Shown: one piece after another, positions 26,101 to 38,731 of the stretch
Layout: every line of letters starts with the position of its first letter
Numbering within the stretch: position 1 is the stretch's first letter
Assembly (NCBI GenBank): GCA_043228905.1
Contig: JBHGNT010000007.1
Location: 19,282,001-19,346,000, forward strand
DNA length: 64,000 nucleotides
Reading direction: 5' to 3'
Origin: Azolla caroliniana
Lineage: Eukaryota; Plantae; Polypodiophyta
Translations under genes and position numbers: made by a program
Notes under the pieces: generated by a model
The model's input: only the letters and a program-made list of their open reading frames with translations
What the model was told of the DNA's origin: nothing
The model's database searches: none

Positions 26101-27197
26101 GGCAATGGTACCGGAAGTTCGACTCTTTCATGACCGACGAAGGGTACCACAAAACGCAGTCCGATCACTGCGTGTTTGTGAAGAAGTTCGAAGGAGGAGA
26201 TTTTCTAATACTCCTCCTGTACGTGGACGACATGTTGATCGTCGGACGGGACCAGGTCAAGATACGGATGCTGAAGAAAGCGCTTCACCGAACCTTCTCA
26301 ATGAAGGACCTGGGTCCGGCGAGGCAAATACTAGGGATGCACATCATCCGGGACCGGAAGAAGAAGCAGTTGTGGCTGTCACAGGAGAAGTACGTGACAA
26401 AGGTGCTTCACCGGTTCAACATGTCGGAAGCAAGACCGGTCGGGTCAACCCTCCCGGCAAACTGCAAGTTGTCCAGCAAGCAAAGCCCCAAGACAAAGGC
26501 TGAGAAGGAGGACATGATGAAAGTACCATATGCCTCTGCCGTCGGAAGCTTGATGTACGCAATGGTGTGTACAAGACCGGACATAGGATATGCAGTCGGA
26601 GTGGTGAGCCGGTACATGAGCAATCCCGGCAAAGAGCACTGGAACGCGGCCAAGTGGATACTCCGATACCTGAAGGGCACGGCAAACGTGTGCCTCCGAT
26701 TCGGCTCCGGTAAGCCCGAACTCGACGGCTTTACCGATTCGGATATGTCGGCTGATGCAGATACCAGCCGGTCCACATCAGGGTATGTGATGACGTATGC
26801 AGGGGGAGCTGTTTCGTGGCAGTCGAGGCTGCAGAAGACGGTTGCGTTGTCAACCACGGAGGCGGAGTACATGGCGGCCGTTGAAGCCGGCAAGGAAATA
26901 ATATGGATGAAGGACTTCATTAGAGAGCTCGGTATCCGGCAGGAGGAGTACCGACTCTACTGCGACAGTCAGAGTGTCATCCACCTTGCGAAGAATGCGG
27001 CCTATCACTCCCGGACGAAGCACATCCAGCGAAGATATCACTGGATCCGGGAAAGGATAGGAGACCAGGAGTTCGTGCTGACGAAGATCCACACGGACGA
27101 GAACGGGTCAGATATGCTGACCAAAGTACTCACACCCGACAAGCTGGAAGCGTGCCGGAAGAGGGTCGGACTGGAAAGACATCCCATGCCGAAGTGA
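23124..27197 (+). pseudogene. Copia gag-pol polyprotein with two frameshifts (~23810 and ~25390)
   Basis: Gag; CFHCGKPGHFRKNC knuckle; protease WVVDSGASFH; GAG-pre-integrase HKRLCH..C..C; integrase core; RT YVDD; RNase H TEAEY..KHI. The domains lie in three frames (ORFs 22794-24011, 23674-25410, 25497-27197). Confidence 0.92.
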
Positions 27198-27205
27198 AGG
27201 GGGAG
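27191..27205 (+). other. Copia polypurine tract overlapping the pol stop codon
   Basis: GAAGTGAAGGGGGAG directly before the 3' LTR. Confidence 0.9.
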
Positions 27206-27207
27206 TT

Positions 27208-27903
27208 TGTTGGGATTACGGTCCCTCCGGATGGGATGGTCAGATGTCCGGGAATCGGGAACGAAGACCCGAATGAGGAGTACCCGGTATCAGAGCCGGA
27301 TGATGAAGACCCGGTTACGGAGCCGGATGATGAAGACCCGGTTACGGAGCCAGATGATGAAGACCCGGTTACGGAGCCGGATGATGAAGACCCGGTTTCG
27401 GATCCGGATGATGAAGACCCCGGCTACGGAGCCGGATGACGAATGTACCCGGAGAGAGATCCGGATGCGGGGACATATTTGTGAATATGTTTGCCAAGGG
27501 CCCTCTAGGCTATATTTGTAAATAGCCCGAAAGTCATATGTGTATAAATATGACTTAGGGCAAACAGTTGTTGTTGTTGCTCATTTTTCTGTTTTCCACT
27601 TAGAGTGAGAGAGAGTGAGAGAGAGAGAGAAAGGAAGAGGTCGACGCCTCTGTGTAATACCGCCGCCTGTGGCGAGGACAGCGAGCTCAAGGTCGTCGCC
27701 TTGCAGCTCGCCATTGTACATTCCCTGCGTATAGTGATAGTTGGAGTCTTGCACTCCCGTGGTTTTTCCCGTCTAGGGTTTTCCACGCTAAACCCTGTGC
27801 ACTCGAGTCTCTCTCTGTGTTTTCGATTTACTACTGCATTGATTCGCGTTTCCTCGGTTGTGGCTGGGACGGTGAAGGAATTTGAAAGCGTCAATTTCCA
27901 ACA
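27208..27903 (+). repeat. Copia 3' LTR (696 bp)
   Basis: Matches the 5' LTR except for one extra 27-bp unit and about 7 transitions. Confidence 0.95.
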
Positions 27904-30900
27904 GAAACAACCAGCGTGGGGGCTGGTAATTCCACCTCGGGCCACTCTCGCCTTGCATCACCATAGGTGTTTTCCTCCATTTCTGCCAAAAGCGCAACCG
28001 GGCAGAGATCACGTCGTTGGAGTGGCTGCAAATCTCTTCCAGTTGCCCTCGTAGGCAGCTGATAATCGCGAACCATATGTCCATGATCACTTCCTCCGGG
28101 GGCCGTACCGTACCTTGGAAAACCTTGAGGCAACGCACTTTCCATATGTACCACAAGGTGAAACCTGCAATCAGCATCCAGATTTTTGGAAACCTAGGGG
28201 ATGTGGGCTGCAAGCCTCTTTCGAAACGGATCTTGACGATTTTGCCTCTCGTGCATACATAGCACCAACTATCCGCATTGACGGTGTCTGTCCACCCTTC
28301 GACTGAGTGATCAATCCATGCCGCAACGCTCCACGAGGCTGTTCCTTCAACTTCACATGCCGGAAGGAGGCGAGTCACTCTATCCCAGATCTTTTGAGCT
28401 TGAGGGCAATCCCACAGATAATGTCTCAGAGTCTCAATAGGTCGAGAGCACAGTGGGTAGCCTAACGGGCTGCCGCGTTTACCTAGCCATTCACCAACGG
28501 GCACCACATTATGACCGATCTGCCACCAAAAGAGCTTGATCTTTTCAGGCATGTGGAGGTGCCGGAGACCTTTCCAAAAGGTAATGAGCGCCTCATCAGG
28601 GATGCCCAATGTTTGCCAACCATTGCGAAGGGGGTTGCCCAGTTGCAGATGCAAAGTCCGACCCAATTTAGTGGTGTAATCGAAGAAGTGATGGAGTCTA
28701 TCATCATGTTTCCATCTGAAATCCCCTGGGTCCCAATCCAGATCGACAAGGGGGCGACATCCATATACCCTTAACCTCCAATGGGGTTCCACCTTAGCAA
28801 CATCTGGGTCTGTCTTCCAGATGTTGTCAACCTGTGCCACCACTCGGATTGGGTGCCAAGAGCCCCTGCTTTGATTGTCCCCAAAAACTGTATCTCTCCC
28901 CGATCCGCTCACACCCTTTAGCGACTTGACCATTCCAACCTCGTCAAAGAGACCGAACCATGCAGGTTCCCTCGCCTCCCCCATCGGAACCCTGTCAACT
29001 GCCTCAGCTATCAGTCTCCGCATTTTCGTAGCTCCCTTGAGGGGAGGGAAAAGGTCCTCTTAGGCTCTTCCTGAAATAGCCATGCGTCTCCAATCGTCTA
29101 TAGATAGGAGGCCTGTTTGTGCCAATGTTCCCCATGCTAGGCCCTTAAGTTGCCCTAGCATCGTGTTGTCACTTGTTCGCACGTGAGGATTCCAGAATAG
29201 TGGATGTCTAGTCCATTCGGGCAATGTCTCCGGGGTGTGTTTGACCAAATGTTGTCGTAGATGGCACCATGCCCACAAGATGGAGTTCGCGACCCTGTCC
29301 TCCAGATGGCAAGCTAGCTTGGGTGGGACTCTGCTCGTGTAGCACCAATTCAAGGAGTCGGGCCAAGGCCTACCATACTTGGGAGTCCCTGCTTGCAGCT
29401 TGTTGTGAAGAAGTACCTTCCAGCACCCCTTACCTGGTAGGAGGCAGCGAACCACCATTTTAGCCAGCAATGAACGACTTTGCATTAAGGGGTCTATGAG
29501 GCCAAGCCCCCCTTTGGCCCGCGGTTGCGTTAACCAACACCATGACACTCTGGCAGTAGCCCTTGGGTTGTCCTTACCTGACCATATAAACCCCCTGATG
29601 GCAGCCTTAATCGCGTGCAGACTTGCAGGGTCCATAATCCAGCAGGAGACTGAGTGCCACATGGTAGCGAGCAACACTTGGTTCGCAACAAGGACCCTAC
29701 CAGCGAATGATAGTTTAGATCTACTCCATTGGGTCAACTTCCTGTTTATTTTGGCTTGTACGTGGGCCAATTGCGCTCCCTTGGGGATTGACCTCCCCAT
29801 CGTAAATCCAAGGTACTTGAACGTTGTCCCATTAGGGACCCACATAAAATCGGCATGGGGTTGCCATCTTGGTTTCTCTTGTTCGCTGAACCATAGGCCT
29901 TGGGTTTTATTCCAATTGATCTTGGCACTAGCTGCCTGACAAAAGTTCTCGAAAAGATGTTCAACTCGCTGCAGATTCTCCTCATCACCTTGCAAGAAAA
30001 GAACCGTATCGTCGGCATATTCAGATAACAACAAATCTTCAGTCGCATTGGGGATGGGCATCTCCGCAGCCCGCTGGTTGGTGCTTGTAAGTAGGCGGAG
30101 AAAGCCTCACTTACAAAGAGATATGGGGCTAGGGGACAACCTTGCCTCACTGAGCGTTGTAGTTGGAAGGCGGGTCCCCTAGAACCAGCCAACAACATGC
30201 TACTCGTAGCTGTCCGGTAGAGTGCAGAAGTGCAATTCCTCCATTTTTGAGGTAGGCCCAAAGCTCACATCACATTTTCCAAAAAGGGCCATAACACCCG
30301 GTCGTAGGCCTTCTCGAAGTCTAATATCAGAATAGCCGAGCTCGATACGGAGTGGCCGGCCAATGCCTTAGCTTCCCAAAGAAGCAACACATTATCAAAG
30401 ATACACCTGTTCTTGACAAATCCAGTTTGATTGTCATGTATGATGTCCAATAAGAAGCTTGCTAACCGTCGAGCTAGGACTTTAGCGAGTATCTTGTATG
30501 CCGTATTAAGGATCGTGATTGGACGCCACTGGCGCAACTCTAGGCTTCGCTCTGACGCTTTGGGGATGAGATATATCATCCCCTCAGCCAAACCAATTGG
30601 CATCTTTCCTGAGGACCAAATCTCTTGAACTCCGGCTTCCAAACACGGGATGACACATTCCCAATGAATCTCGAAGAAATCTCGTGAGAGACCATCGGGG
30701 CCGGGGCATGCACCCCTTCGCAATCCCCTAAGCGCCTCTGAGAGTTCTAAACGAGAGATGGGGCTATCGAGCACAACTTCCATCGCCTGGGTTACCTTGG
30801 GGTGAATGCAAGACATCACTCGATCAGCCAGCTCCGTGTGTTGCCTCACCTGCATAGGTGCGAGGAGGTCACGATAGTATTGTGTTGCCATTTCCAGAAT

Positions 30901-32139
30901 CTCAGTCTTGTCCTCCGTTATCGAGCCGTTTGGTTTTCGCAACCCTTGTATACGTCCACCACCACCCTTGGGTGCCTTGTAGTGAAAGAAATGCCGGTTG
31001 ACCTTGTCGTCTTTTCTAGCCCACCATGCTGCATTTCTTCGAAACAACATTCAGTTCTTCTCCAAAGTCCTTTCCTGTACCTTCATCTTTGCTTCCTCCA
31101 GCTTAGCTTTAGACCAAGTGCAACCAGGGTCTACCTGTAGCAGTCGTTGCGTTGCCGCAACGGCCTTCCTTAATTTTGTTTCAATGGCTCTAACCTACTG
31201 GAGGGCGCGCTTGGTCTCCTGTTGTAAGAAGGAGGAGAGGGCCAATTTTTTTTGCAAATCTTCGCTGGATGATTCACTGCCCATGGTGTCCTACCATATA
31301 CTTTGTAAACCGGCCTTCACCTCCACTCTTCATGATCTTTGTGGGGATCTTCACATTGAGACTGCCCTTGCTATCGTTGGGTGGGTTAAGGTCTAGTCTC
31401 TCCAGTTGATGATCTGAAAAGGTAAGACCTGCCAAGATTGCAAAGGCGCCCCCAAGCTCTTCGAGGGATGAGCTGATGTATATGCGATCAAGCCGTGCAA
31501 GACTACCGCCCCTAGCATTCCCGGCGGCTCTGGAAAAGTGCAGTGAATGTGAGCTTCTCCTAAGGGAAGAGCCCCATGTATCCTTCACCCCGATTTTGCC
31601 AATTAGGAAAGCCCATGAATCCAGCTCCGCACCATAAATAAGCCTTTGGGTCCCTCCTTTCCTATCATCCAGGTGTTCAGTCATGTTGAAATCACCTGCC
31701 ATTACCCAAGCCTCGGCATCAGGTAATGTTGTCGCTAACATCCTCCAAAAGATTGCTCTCTCGGGGGCTGAGTTAGGGGCATAAATGTTTAGCACCCCAA
31801 CCTGTAGGTGATTCCATTTCAGAAGCACGTATAAGGCCCGACCCTCCACCAGCGTGCCAGATGATGTTACTTCGTATCGGGCCTTATCGCTGATCGAGAT
31901 GCAGACCCCTCCTCTTCGGTGGAGGTCACCTTGTGCAGCTGACCACCATGTGGTCCACCCACCCGACAAGTTGTTTACTAAGCTCTGAGTTCGCTCTTGC
32001 GAGAGGTGGTGTTCCTGCAAAAGCAATATGTCAATACGGCCCCCTATATTAAGGGGATTCAGCTCCTCCTGAAGTCTTCGGCACTCTTGGTGTTGTCGGC
32101 CTCCACCAAGGCCCTGTACATTCTACGTTAGGATCCTCA

Positions 32140-33907
32140 TCACAAAGCGGTGATGCTAACGCCCATGTTCGGGCCGATCCCCATGTTAAGGGGCAACCTA
32201 ACACCTATTTCGGGGGGTATGGTCTCCACAGCAGGCTGCAAATCCCCTACGGGATTCTCAGCCAGTCGTTCCCGACCCGCTTCAAATAGATCCCGCGATA
32301 CATTTGTGCTCCGAAGCGGTGGCACCTCTTGCATCCCTCTATCTAAGAGAGTCGTCGCCAAACCAGGTGTTGGTCGGCCTATCTTACCCTTTCCTTTGTC
32401 CTTGAGCTTGCCCGTCCGGATCCACGATTTCACTAATCTGAGGCCACTACCACCTTCACGTTCCAGCGGGAGGGGGGCCTTTGCCAACTTCTCTTCCGGG
32501 GTGGACGGTACGAGTTGGGGTTGCATCTCCATCGGGGTAGAGAACACAAGTTCAGGCTCTCATGGGGGAAGGCATGAGGAGTCGCATGGGGACAACATTG
32601 CTGCCAATGCTTCTGGGTCGCCATCCCCTAACCCTTGAAGAGGTGTAAATCTGTTGGTAGCTCTCACCTGTAGGTCGGGTGCATCAGCACTCCCGGAGAG
32701 GATCTTTACCCGTTTCAAGGGTTGCTCGTCCGCGCTTGCTGGTGACAAGGTAGCGGGACTTCTTTCAAAGGGGTGGTCACGAAAAAGGGTGGAAGAGGAT
32801 GCACCTAGGCCTCCAAGTTTCCCCTTCTTCTTAACGGGTATCCAAGGAGCCTCGTCACCCTTGGTTGGCCCGACTTTGCCCGAGGGTCGAGGTCCCGAGC
32901 TTCCCTTTCCAATATTGCGAGGACACGCCTTAGCTAGGTGTCCTGTCTGTTTGCAAATGAATCACTGCCCCGGGAGTCCCTCGTAAACCACTTTCACCAC
33001 TGTGAGACCTAGCTCCTAAGAGTAGAGTCTAATCCTTGATGGATGTCCTTGGAGGGAAAGCACCAAGATGCGCAACTTGGGCACCTCCACAACTGTGTCT
33101 GCCATTGACAGTTTTTGAGGACATATCATCCCTATTTGTTCGCCAAAAAGAGGGAGCAGATGGCACAAATGAGGAGGGAGGCCGGGAAATGTTGCGCTGA
33201 TCACCCTAGGGTTGTTGAGTTTCCGTAACTCTTCAATCGGATTGAACCCTGGTGACCATAGCTGGAGCAACACCTTCCCGTACTTCAGTTCGAGTACCTT
33301 GAGCTCGACCAGTGGTTGCGCCAGCGAGCCATTACCTAATTCGATGTGGAAGAAGTTTTTCCCTAAACCCCTAACACTCTTGATCATAGGCATGTTCTCC
33401 ATCACAGCCACCTAGAACATGTCCCGAACCATTCCCCGACTTGGTCTACCTGCCAGAAACCTACATATGAAGGAGGTACGCCGTAGACGTTCGATTTCCT
33501 CCGATAAGAAACGGTTGGCTTTAGGGGACAACATAATGTCGAGATCTGAACCACCTTCTTCATCGAGCAAAATGGTCGTTGGTGGAAGCTCGATTCCTCC
33601 CTCCATAGCGAGTTATGTGTCTTGCAAGGCTATCTATGTTGGTCTTCCCTTCCCCCTTTGTTTTGTGTGTTTTTTAATTAATTAATTAATGTGCGTTTTC
33701 TGGTTGGGGGAGGGAGGGAGGATTGTGGGTGTGGGAGTACCTGGACAACAGTTGGCGTTGTGCTCCTGCTCCTGCTCTGGTGGACAGCGCGCGCGTTCTT
33801 CATTGTGCACCTGCACCTGCACCTGCGCCTGCTCCTGTTCGCCCTGTCTGCGCGCCCTGTTCTGCTGCTCCCACTCCATGCTCTGCTGCTGCTCGCGCTC
33901 CCGCCAT
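32140..33907 (-). pseudogene. L1 ORF1 (Gly/Ala-rich N-terminus, DUF4283-like region, CCHC zinc knuckle), disrupted
   Basis: ATG at 33907 (MAGARAAAEH..). IKSVRGLGKNFFHIE..VLLQLWSPGFNP. Knuckle (*)FICKQTGHLAKAC. Several premature stops. Confidence 0.8.
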
Positions 33908-34507
33908 CACTCTCTCTAGTCAAAAGGGATGTTTCGTCTCTCTTACATTTAAGAGTTATTTGCATCACTACCATCATTCCTTTCCCGAGAATCACTACTG
34001 TAGCTAATGTACAATTGTGACTCTTCCTCCTCATTTTCAAATGTACCAATCAAATCATTGTCTTCACTAAATGGTGTCTCCAAATTGTGTGCACTAAATC
34101 TTGTTTGCCTTTAATTTGAGATATCTTCTAGTCTTGGTAATATCTTTTTTATTATGTCTATCGTTCTCGTCCTTAAACATCCAACTTTTGTCAGTGTAAA
34201 GTCATACACAATGATATCCACCTCACTAATGTCAATGATAGATGTATTATAGAAGTTTAATCCATCACCACATCCAAAACTTTACTAATGCAGAATTGGT
34301 GCCCTAGCTGATGGCCATCTACATGTATAATTATTAATATCCCCACCTTGAGTTCTTGCAAGTTTCCTTGTCACTTGAGTTATGCTTGTGTTGTCATCCT
34401 TAGTTCCACATAAATGTTTCTCTGTTGTAGATGAACCAAACTATGAAGATCAACATTAAGTGCTTGACGTGGTGATTAAGAACCACGAGAATATTTTATA
34501 CACCACA

Positions 34508-35841
34508 TAAATGGCATTTGCAAGGTTCAATTACCATCAACACAATTCTTAATGGTTTTTTGTTAATCAATGAAGCACATGTTCACCATAAGGTGTCTTG
34601 TTGTGCAACATACTTCTTTGGATTATTGATATGCATCTTTTTCTCTTGTAAAAACAGAGATTTTAGTATAATTCGAGTTCATCTAAACCCTAAACCTCTT
34701 TTATTTGAATAAAAAGATGATTTTTAAACATGAACTCCATACATTATTTCGAGTTGATGTAAAAAACAAAGTTTTGAAATTCATGTTCAAAGTTTATTTC
34801 TCGGATTTAAAAAAATAAAAAAATAAAACAATTGAGCTTGACTTGATGAAAAAACCAGTTTTTTCACCACAATTCAATACAATGTATGTATCGAGTTCGT
34901 GTTTAAAAATAGAGTTTTCAGCGCGAACTCGATATGCCATATCAAGTTTGTGTTGAAAAACTCAATTTTTTGACATGAACTCGATACAATGTATCGAGTT
35001 TGTGTTTAAAATATTTAAACACGAACTCAATACGGCGTATCAAATTCATGTTGAAAAGTCAACTTTTCGACACAAACTCAATACAATGTATCGAGTTCAT
35101 GTTGAAAAACAAAATTTTCAAGACCAACTCGATACATTGTATCGAGTTCGTGTCGAAAAATTGACTTTTTCACATGAATTCGATACAATGTATCGAGTTC
35201 ATGTTTAAAGGTTTTTTTGGAGGGTTTTAAAATAAACAAATTTGGTTTTTTTCTATTTATTTTGGGTCCTATTGGTTATTTAAAAAAAAAAAGGTTGAAA
35301 TGATGAAAAAACCAAAGTTTTCATCACAAGTCGATACAATGTATTGAATTCATGTTTAAAGTTTTTTTTTCCCCAAAAAAAAACAACAAAAAAAAACAAA
35401 TTGAAAAAAATTACTTTAAACATAAACTAGGTACATTGTACTGAATTGTGGTGAAAATTTTGGTTTTTTCATCAAGTCAAGTTCGATTTATTTATTTATT
35501 TATTATTTATTTTTTTTAATTCGGGAAAAAAAACTTTGAACATAAATTTGATACATTGTATGGAATTGTGATGAAAACTTTGTTTTTTACATCAACTCAA
35601 TACAATGTATGGAGTTCATGTTTAGAAATCTTTTTTTTTTTCAAATAAAAGAGGTTTAGGGTTTACATGAACTCGAATTGTACTAAAATATTTGTTTTGA
35701 CAAGAGTAAAAGATGCATATCGATGTTCTAAAGAATTATGTTGCACAACAAGATACCTTACAGTGAACATGTGCTTCCTTGATTAACAAAAAACCATTAA
35801 TAATTGTGTTGATGGTAATTGAACCTTGCAAATGCCATTTA
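34508..35841. mobile_element. Foldback element with long inverted arms and internal palindromic repeats
   Basis: 34508-~34900 is the reverse complement of ~35420-35841 (TAAATGGCATTTGCAAGG / CCTTGCAAATGCCATTTA). The centre holds AACTCGATACAATGTATCGAGTT palindromes at a ~50-bp period. Confidence 0.85.
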
Positions 35842-37555
35842 CTTCACAAATTTTGTAGGGGAGCTCTCAAAATGAAGAAGACGAGAGCATTGTGGATACC
35901 TTGATAAGTATGTGATATGTTCAAATTGATATATTAATGTTTACATATAAGTTTGGCAGTTTATGAATATCATCTACAGTTTAGGAGTTGTGGATTTATC
36001 AAAATTGTTTATGAATATTGTATACATTTCTTGAGTTGTGAATTTATGCATGTTAATGAGCACTAAATTTATAGATGATGGCATTAAGGATTACAATGGT
36101 ACCTCTTATACAAACATTTTCAAGTCTAACAATAGATGTAACTTCCACTTCTGGAACCTACATCTTCTCAAGATGGTGAAACCATTAATCTTAACTTGTG
36201 TGTTAAGTTAACCATTGTGATTTTCTTTAAGTTAACTACATTTCATATTTGCAAACCATCAACGTTTAAGCATTTATTGAAAAAACTATTCAATTTTAAA
36301 AATTATCATTTTGAAACTTGTTAAATCTCAAAAAATTAACAAATTTTACATGCTATTTAAAACATGTGATACTAGTGTATCAAGTTTCTGAAAATCGCTG
36401 AAAATCGCAAGATTATAAAAGGAATGTATAAGTGGAATGTGCAATCCTTCCACTTGTGAACACAAACGTCAACGAGTCTATCTCTACAATTGGGAGTAGG
36501 TCAACCCAATCATCTTGTTAGTAGCTGGTAGAGCACTGAAGGTATTGTTCTAGAATTTGGTTAACCTACTCTAGTTAGCCATTAGTTTGTAGATGATATG
36601 CTAAAGACAAATTTACCCAAGTGTCAAATGTTTCAAGGAGATCTTTAGAAATGATCTGAGACGAATTGAGATCCTCAACCTAAAAATGATAGCGCTTCAG
36701 CAATATGCAAGTTCAACACAATCCTTCAAGGACATAATAGATTGTCTCGATAGATGAATTCATTCTTAAATTTGAACTAAGTTCCACCCTATTCTTCTCT
36801 TTGGATGGGTTATTAAGTGTTACCTTAATTTCATTTGCAAATTTGTCGATTGCCAATGCCTCAATTATCCCCTTAAAAAGAGTCCTTGTATAGCATGTAT
36901 ATTGCAAAGATATGGAATTGATCTGGCTTCACAAACATTGGGATTGTTGGTCATTGGCTTCATCCCTTGGTTGGAGCTTGAATTCGAATAGTTTAGAAAG
37001 TGCATCGGCCTTGATGTGTTGGGTCCTAGAACGAAATAATGTTTTGAAGTCATAATTAACTAACAAAATCGACCAATGAGCTTGTCAGTTCAATTCAACG
37101 TTTGACTGGTTGAGAAGTAGACCAAATTCTTGTGATCAGTTATCACTTGGATATGATGTTGCCATTCTTTAAAAATTGTGATAATAGCAACAAGCTCCTT
37201 ATCGTATAATAGTTAGTTGATTTCTAGAGTAGTGAAGTTTTGATAGTAGTAGGGCATTGAATGAAAAAGGTCGGTGTCATCAAGCTGGGATAGGATGACA
37301 CCAATTGCAAAATCGGAGGCCTCAACTTCGACTTGGAAGGGTTTGGTTAGGTTAGGATGCAAGAGTATCAAGGTAGTGATGAATCTTTGCTTTAGTAACT
37401 TAAAGGCGTTTTGGGAATCCAATGAAAAAGAGCATCTTTACATGTAAGTGCTATCAAGGGTTGCACAATTGTCGAGAACCCCTCAATAAATCGTGGATAG
37501 TAATTCACAAACCAAGGAATGATTGCATATATTTTAGTAGAATTGGGGTGACACA

Positions 37556-38031
37556 TAACAATGGGCAATGGTTTGGTTTGGTTTGGTTTGAGGGTTTCAA
37601 ACTCAAACCATTTCAACCAAACCAAAATCATGAAACCATTTAAATTGAAATCATTTAAAACAAAACCATTTAAAGAGATCCAAACAAAAACCAAACGGCT
37701 TTAGAGATTTTCAAACCGTTAAACCAGTAAAACTATGGTTTCACGGTTTGGTTTTGGTTTTCAAGTTAGGTCAAATTTCAAAATTTCAAAATTCGGTTTT
37801 AGAATTGTAAAATTTTCAATATTTCAATTTAAAAATCCCCCCCCCCCCCAAAAAAAAATGTTAGAATTTGGCTTAAAAATGAAAAGGTCAAAAAATTATT
37901 TGGGAAAATAATAAAGTGGCAATCGTAAACCATCAAACCATTTAACCAAACTGAATAGCTTAAACTGTTAAATTGTTAAGCCATGGTTTCATGGTTTTGT
38001 TCGGTTCAAATCAAACCGTTGCCGATTGCTA
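37556..38031. mobile_element. hAT-type MITE inserted in the gypsy pol
   Basis: TIRs TAACAATGGGCAATGGTTTG / CAAACCGTTGCCGATTGCTA. Degenerate 8-bp TSD GTGACACA / GTGGTCCA. The gypsy pol continues on both sides. Confidence 0.75.
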
Positions 38032-38731
38032 GTGGTCCACTCTTGGATATTCTTGAACTTATGAGTATCCATTGTAATTCCCTTGTAAGAGATGACATAG
38101 CTAAGGAATTCCACGAAAGGTCTTTTGGCATATAGTTTGTTCTCTCGAAGCTTTGTGAGAACCAAGTGGACTTGTTGAATGTGCTCTTCCATGCTCATTA
38201 AGAAGACTAGAATGTTGTCAAGGTAGATAACAACAAAATGATCTAGATACTCTTGAAATATGTCATTCGTCATATGTTGAAAAACTACCCAAGCATTGGT
38301 GAGGCCAAATGGCATTAACTTGTATTCAAAATAGCTATTTTGCGTTCAAAATGTCGTTTTCAATTCATCACCAGGCTTGATATGCGCTAGTAGATCAGTT
38401 TTGGAGAGGACAAGAGTAGTTTAGAGATGGTTGAGGAGATTTGGAGTCAAAGGTATGGATAAAGATTATGTACAACGATTTTATCAAGGCCTTGATAGTC
38501 AACACAAGGACACAACTAGTCATCGTTCTTTTTGACCAACAAAATGGGTGCTCCCGTTGGAAACATAGATGGTTCAATGAAACCCTTTTTAAGGTTCTCA
38601 TCGATTTAAGTTTACAGATCCTCCAACTTTGGTTTAGATAGCCCATAAATGGGACAAAAGGGTGCACATACACCTTGCAGGTCAATAAAAAAATCATAGG
38701 GTCAATGTTAAGGAAGGAAATCCACATTCTT

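Larger units (their letters stand above)
22424..27903 (+). mobile_element. Structurally complete Ty1/copia LTR retrotransposon (Tnt1-like)
   Basis: TG..CA LTRs and TSD GAAAC (22419-22423 / 27904-27908). tRNA-iMet PBS, PPT, and gag-PR-INT-RT-RH domain order. Confidence 0.97.
22354..32140 (-). pseudogene. L1 ORF2 (APE endonuclease - RT - zf-RVT), disrupted and split by copia
   Basis: Motifs MRILT*NVQGL, LQEHH, NIYAPN, GDFN, RLDRIY, WRPITILN, LDFEKAYDRV, VRQGCPLAPYLF, YADD and ETLRHYLWDCP. Removing the copia joins ..PPRWLF to PTHLPPSLRCRPQELTRTRQH* (stop 22354-22356). Confidence 0.9.
22162..33943 (-). mobile_element. Full-length L1-clade LINE (~6.3 kb net) interrupted by a copia element
   Basis: 14-bp TSD TACATTTAAGAGTT (22148-22161 / 33944-33957). 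Poly(A) seen as a T run at 22160-22175. ORF1 and ORF2 are present in order. Confidence 0.93.
21801..36469. mobile_element. DNA transposon derivative with 32-bp TIRs (~1.5 kb after removing nested elements); superfamily unassigned
   Basis: ACGTTCGCGTTCACAAGTGGAAGGATCGCGCA (21801-21832) matches the reverse complement of 36438-36469 at 28/32; all four differences are CpG transitions. A subterminal motif (ctagtatcacatg) is also mirrored. It interrupts the gypsy integrase. TSD not resolved. Confidence 0.75.

Noticed and set aside
27152-27521. PDDEDPVTE / RSRMMKTRL repeat proteins
   Set aside because: These are translations of the 27-bp U3 tandem repeat, stop-free by composition.
27788-29023. 411-aa ORF as a standalone gene
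   Set aside because: It is the L1 ORF2 C-terminus reading by chance into the antisense copia LTR; the true end lies at 22354-22418.
34870-35205. Regularly spaced palindromes resembling a CRISPR array
   Set aside because: The spacers resemble each other, the repeats are degenerate, no cas genes are present, and the array is the core of a eukaryotic foldback element.
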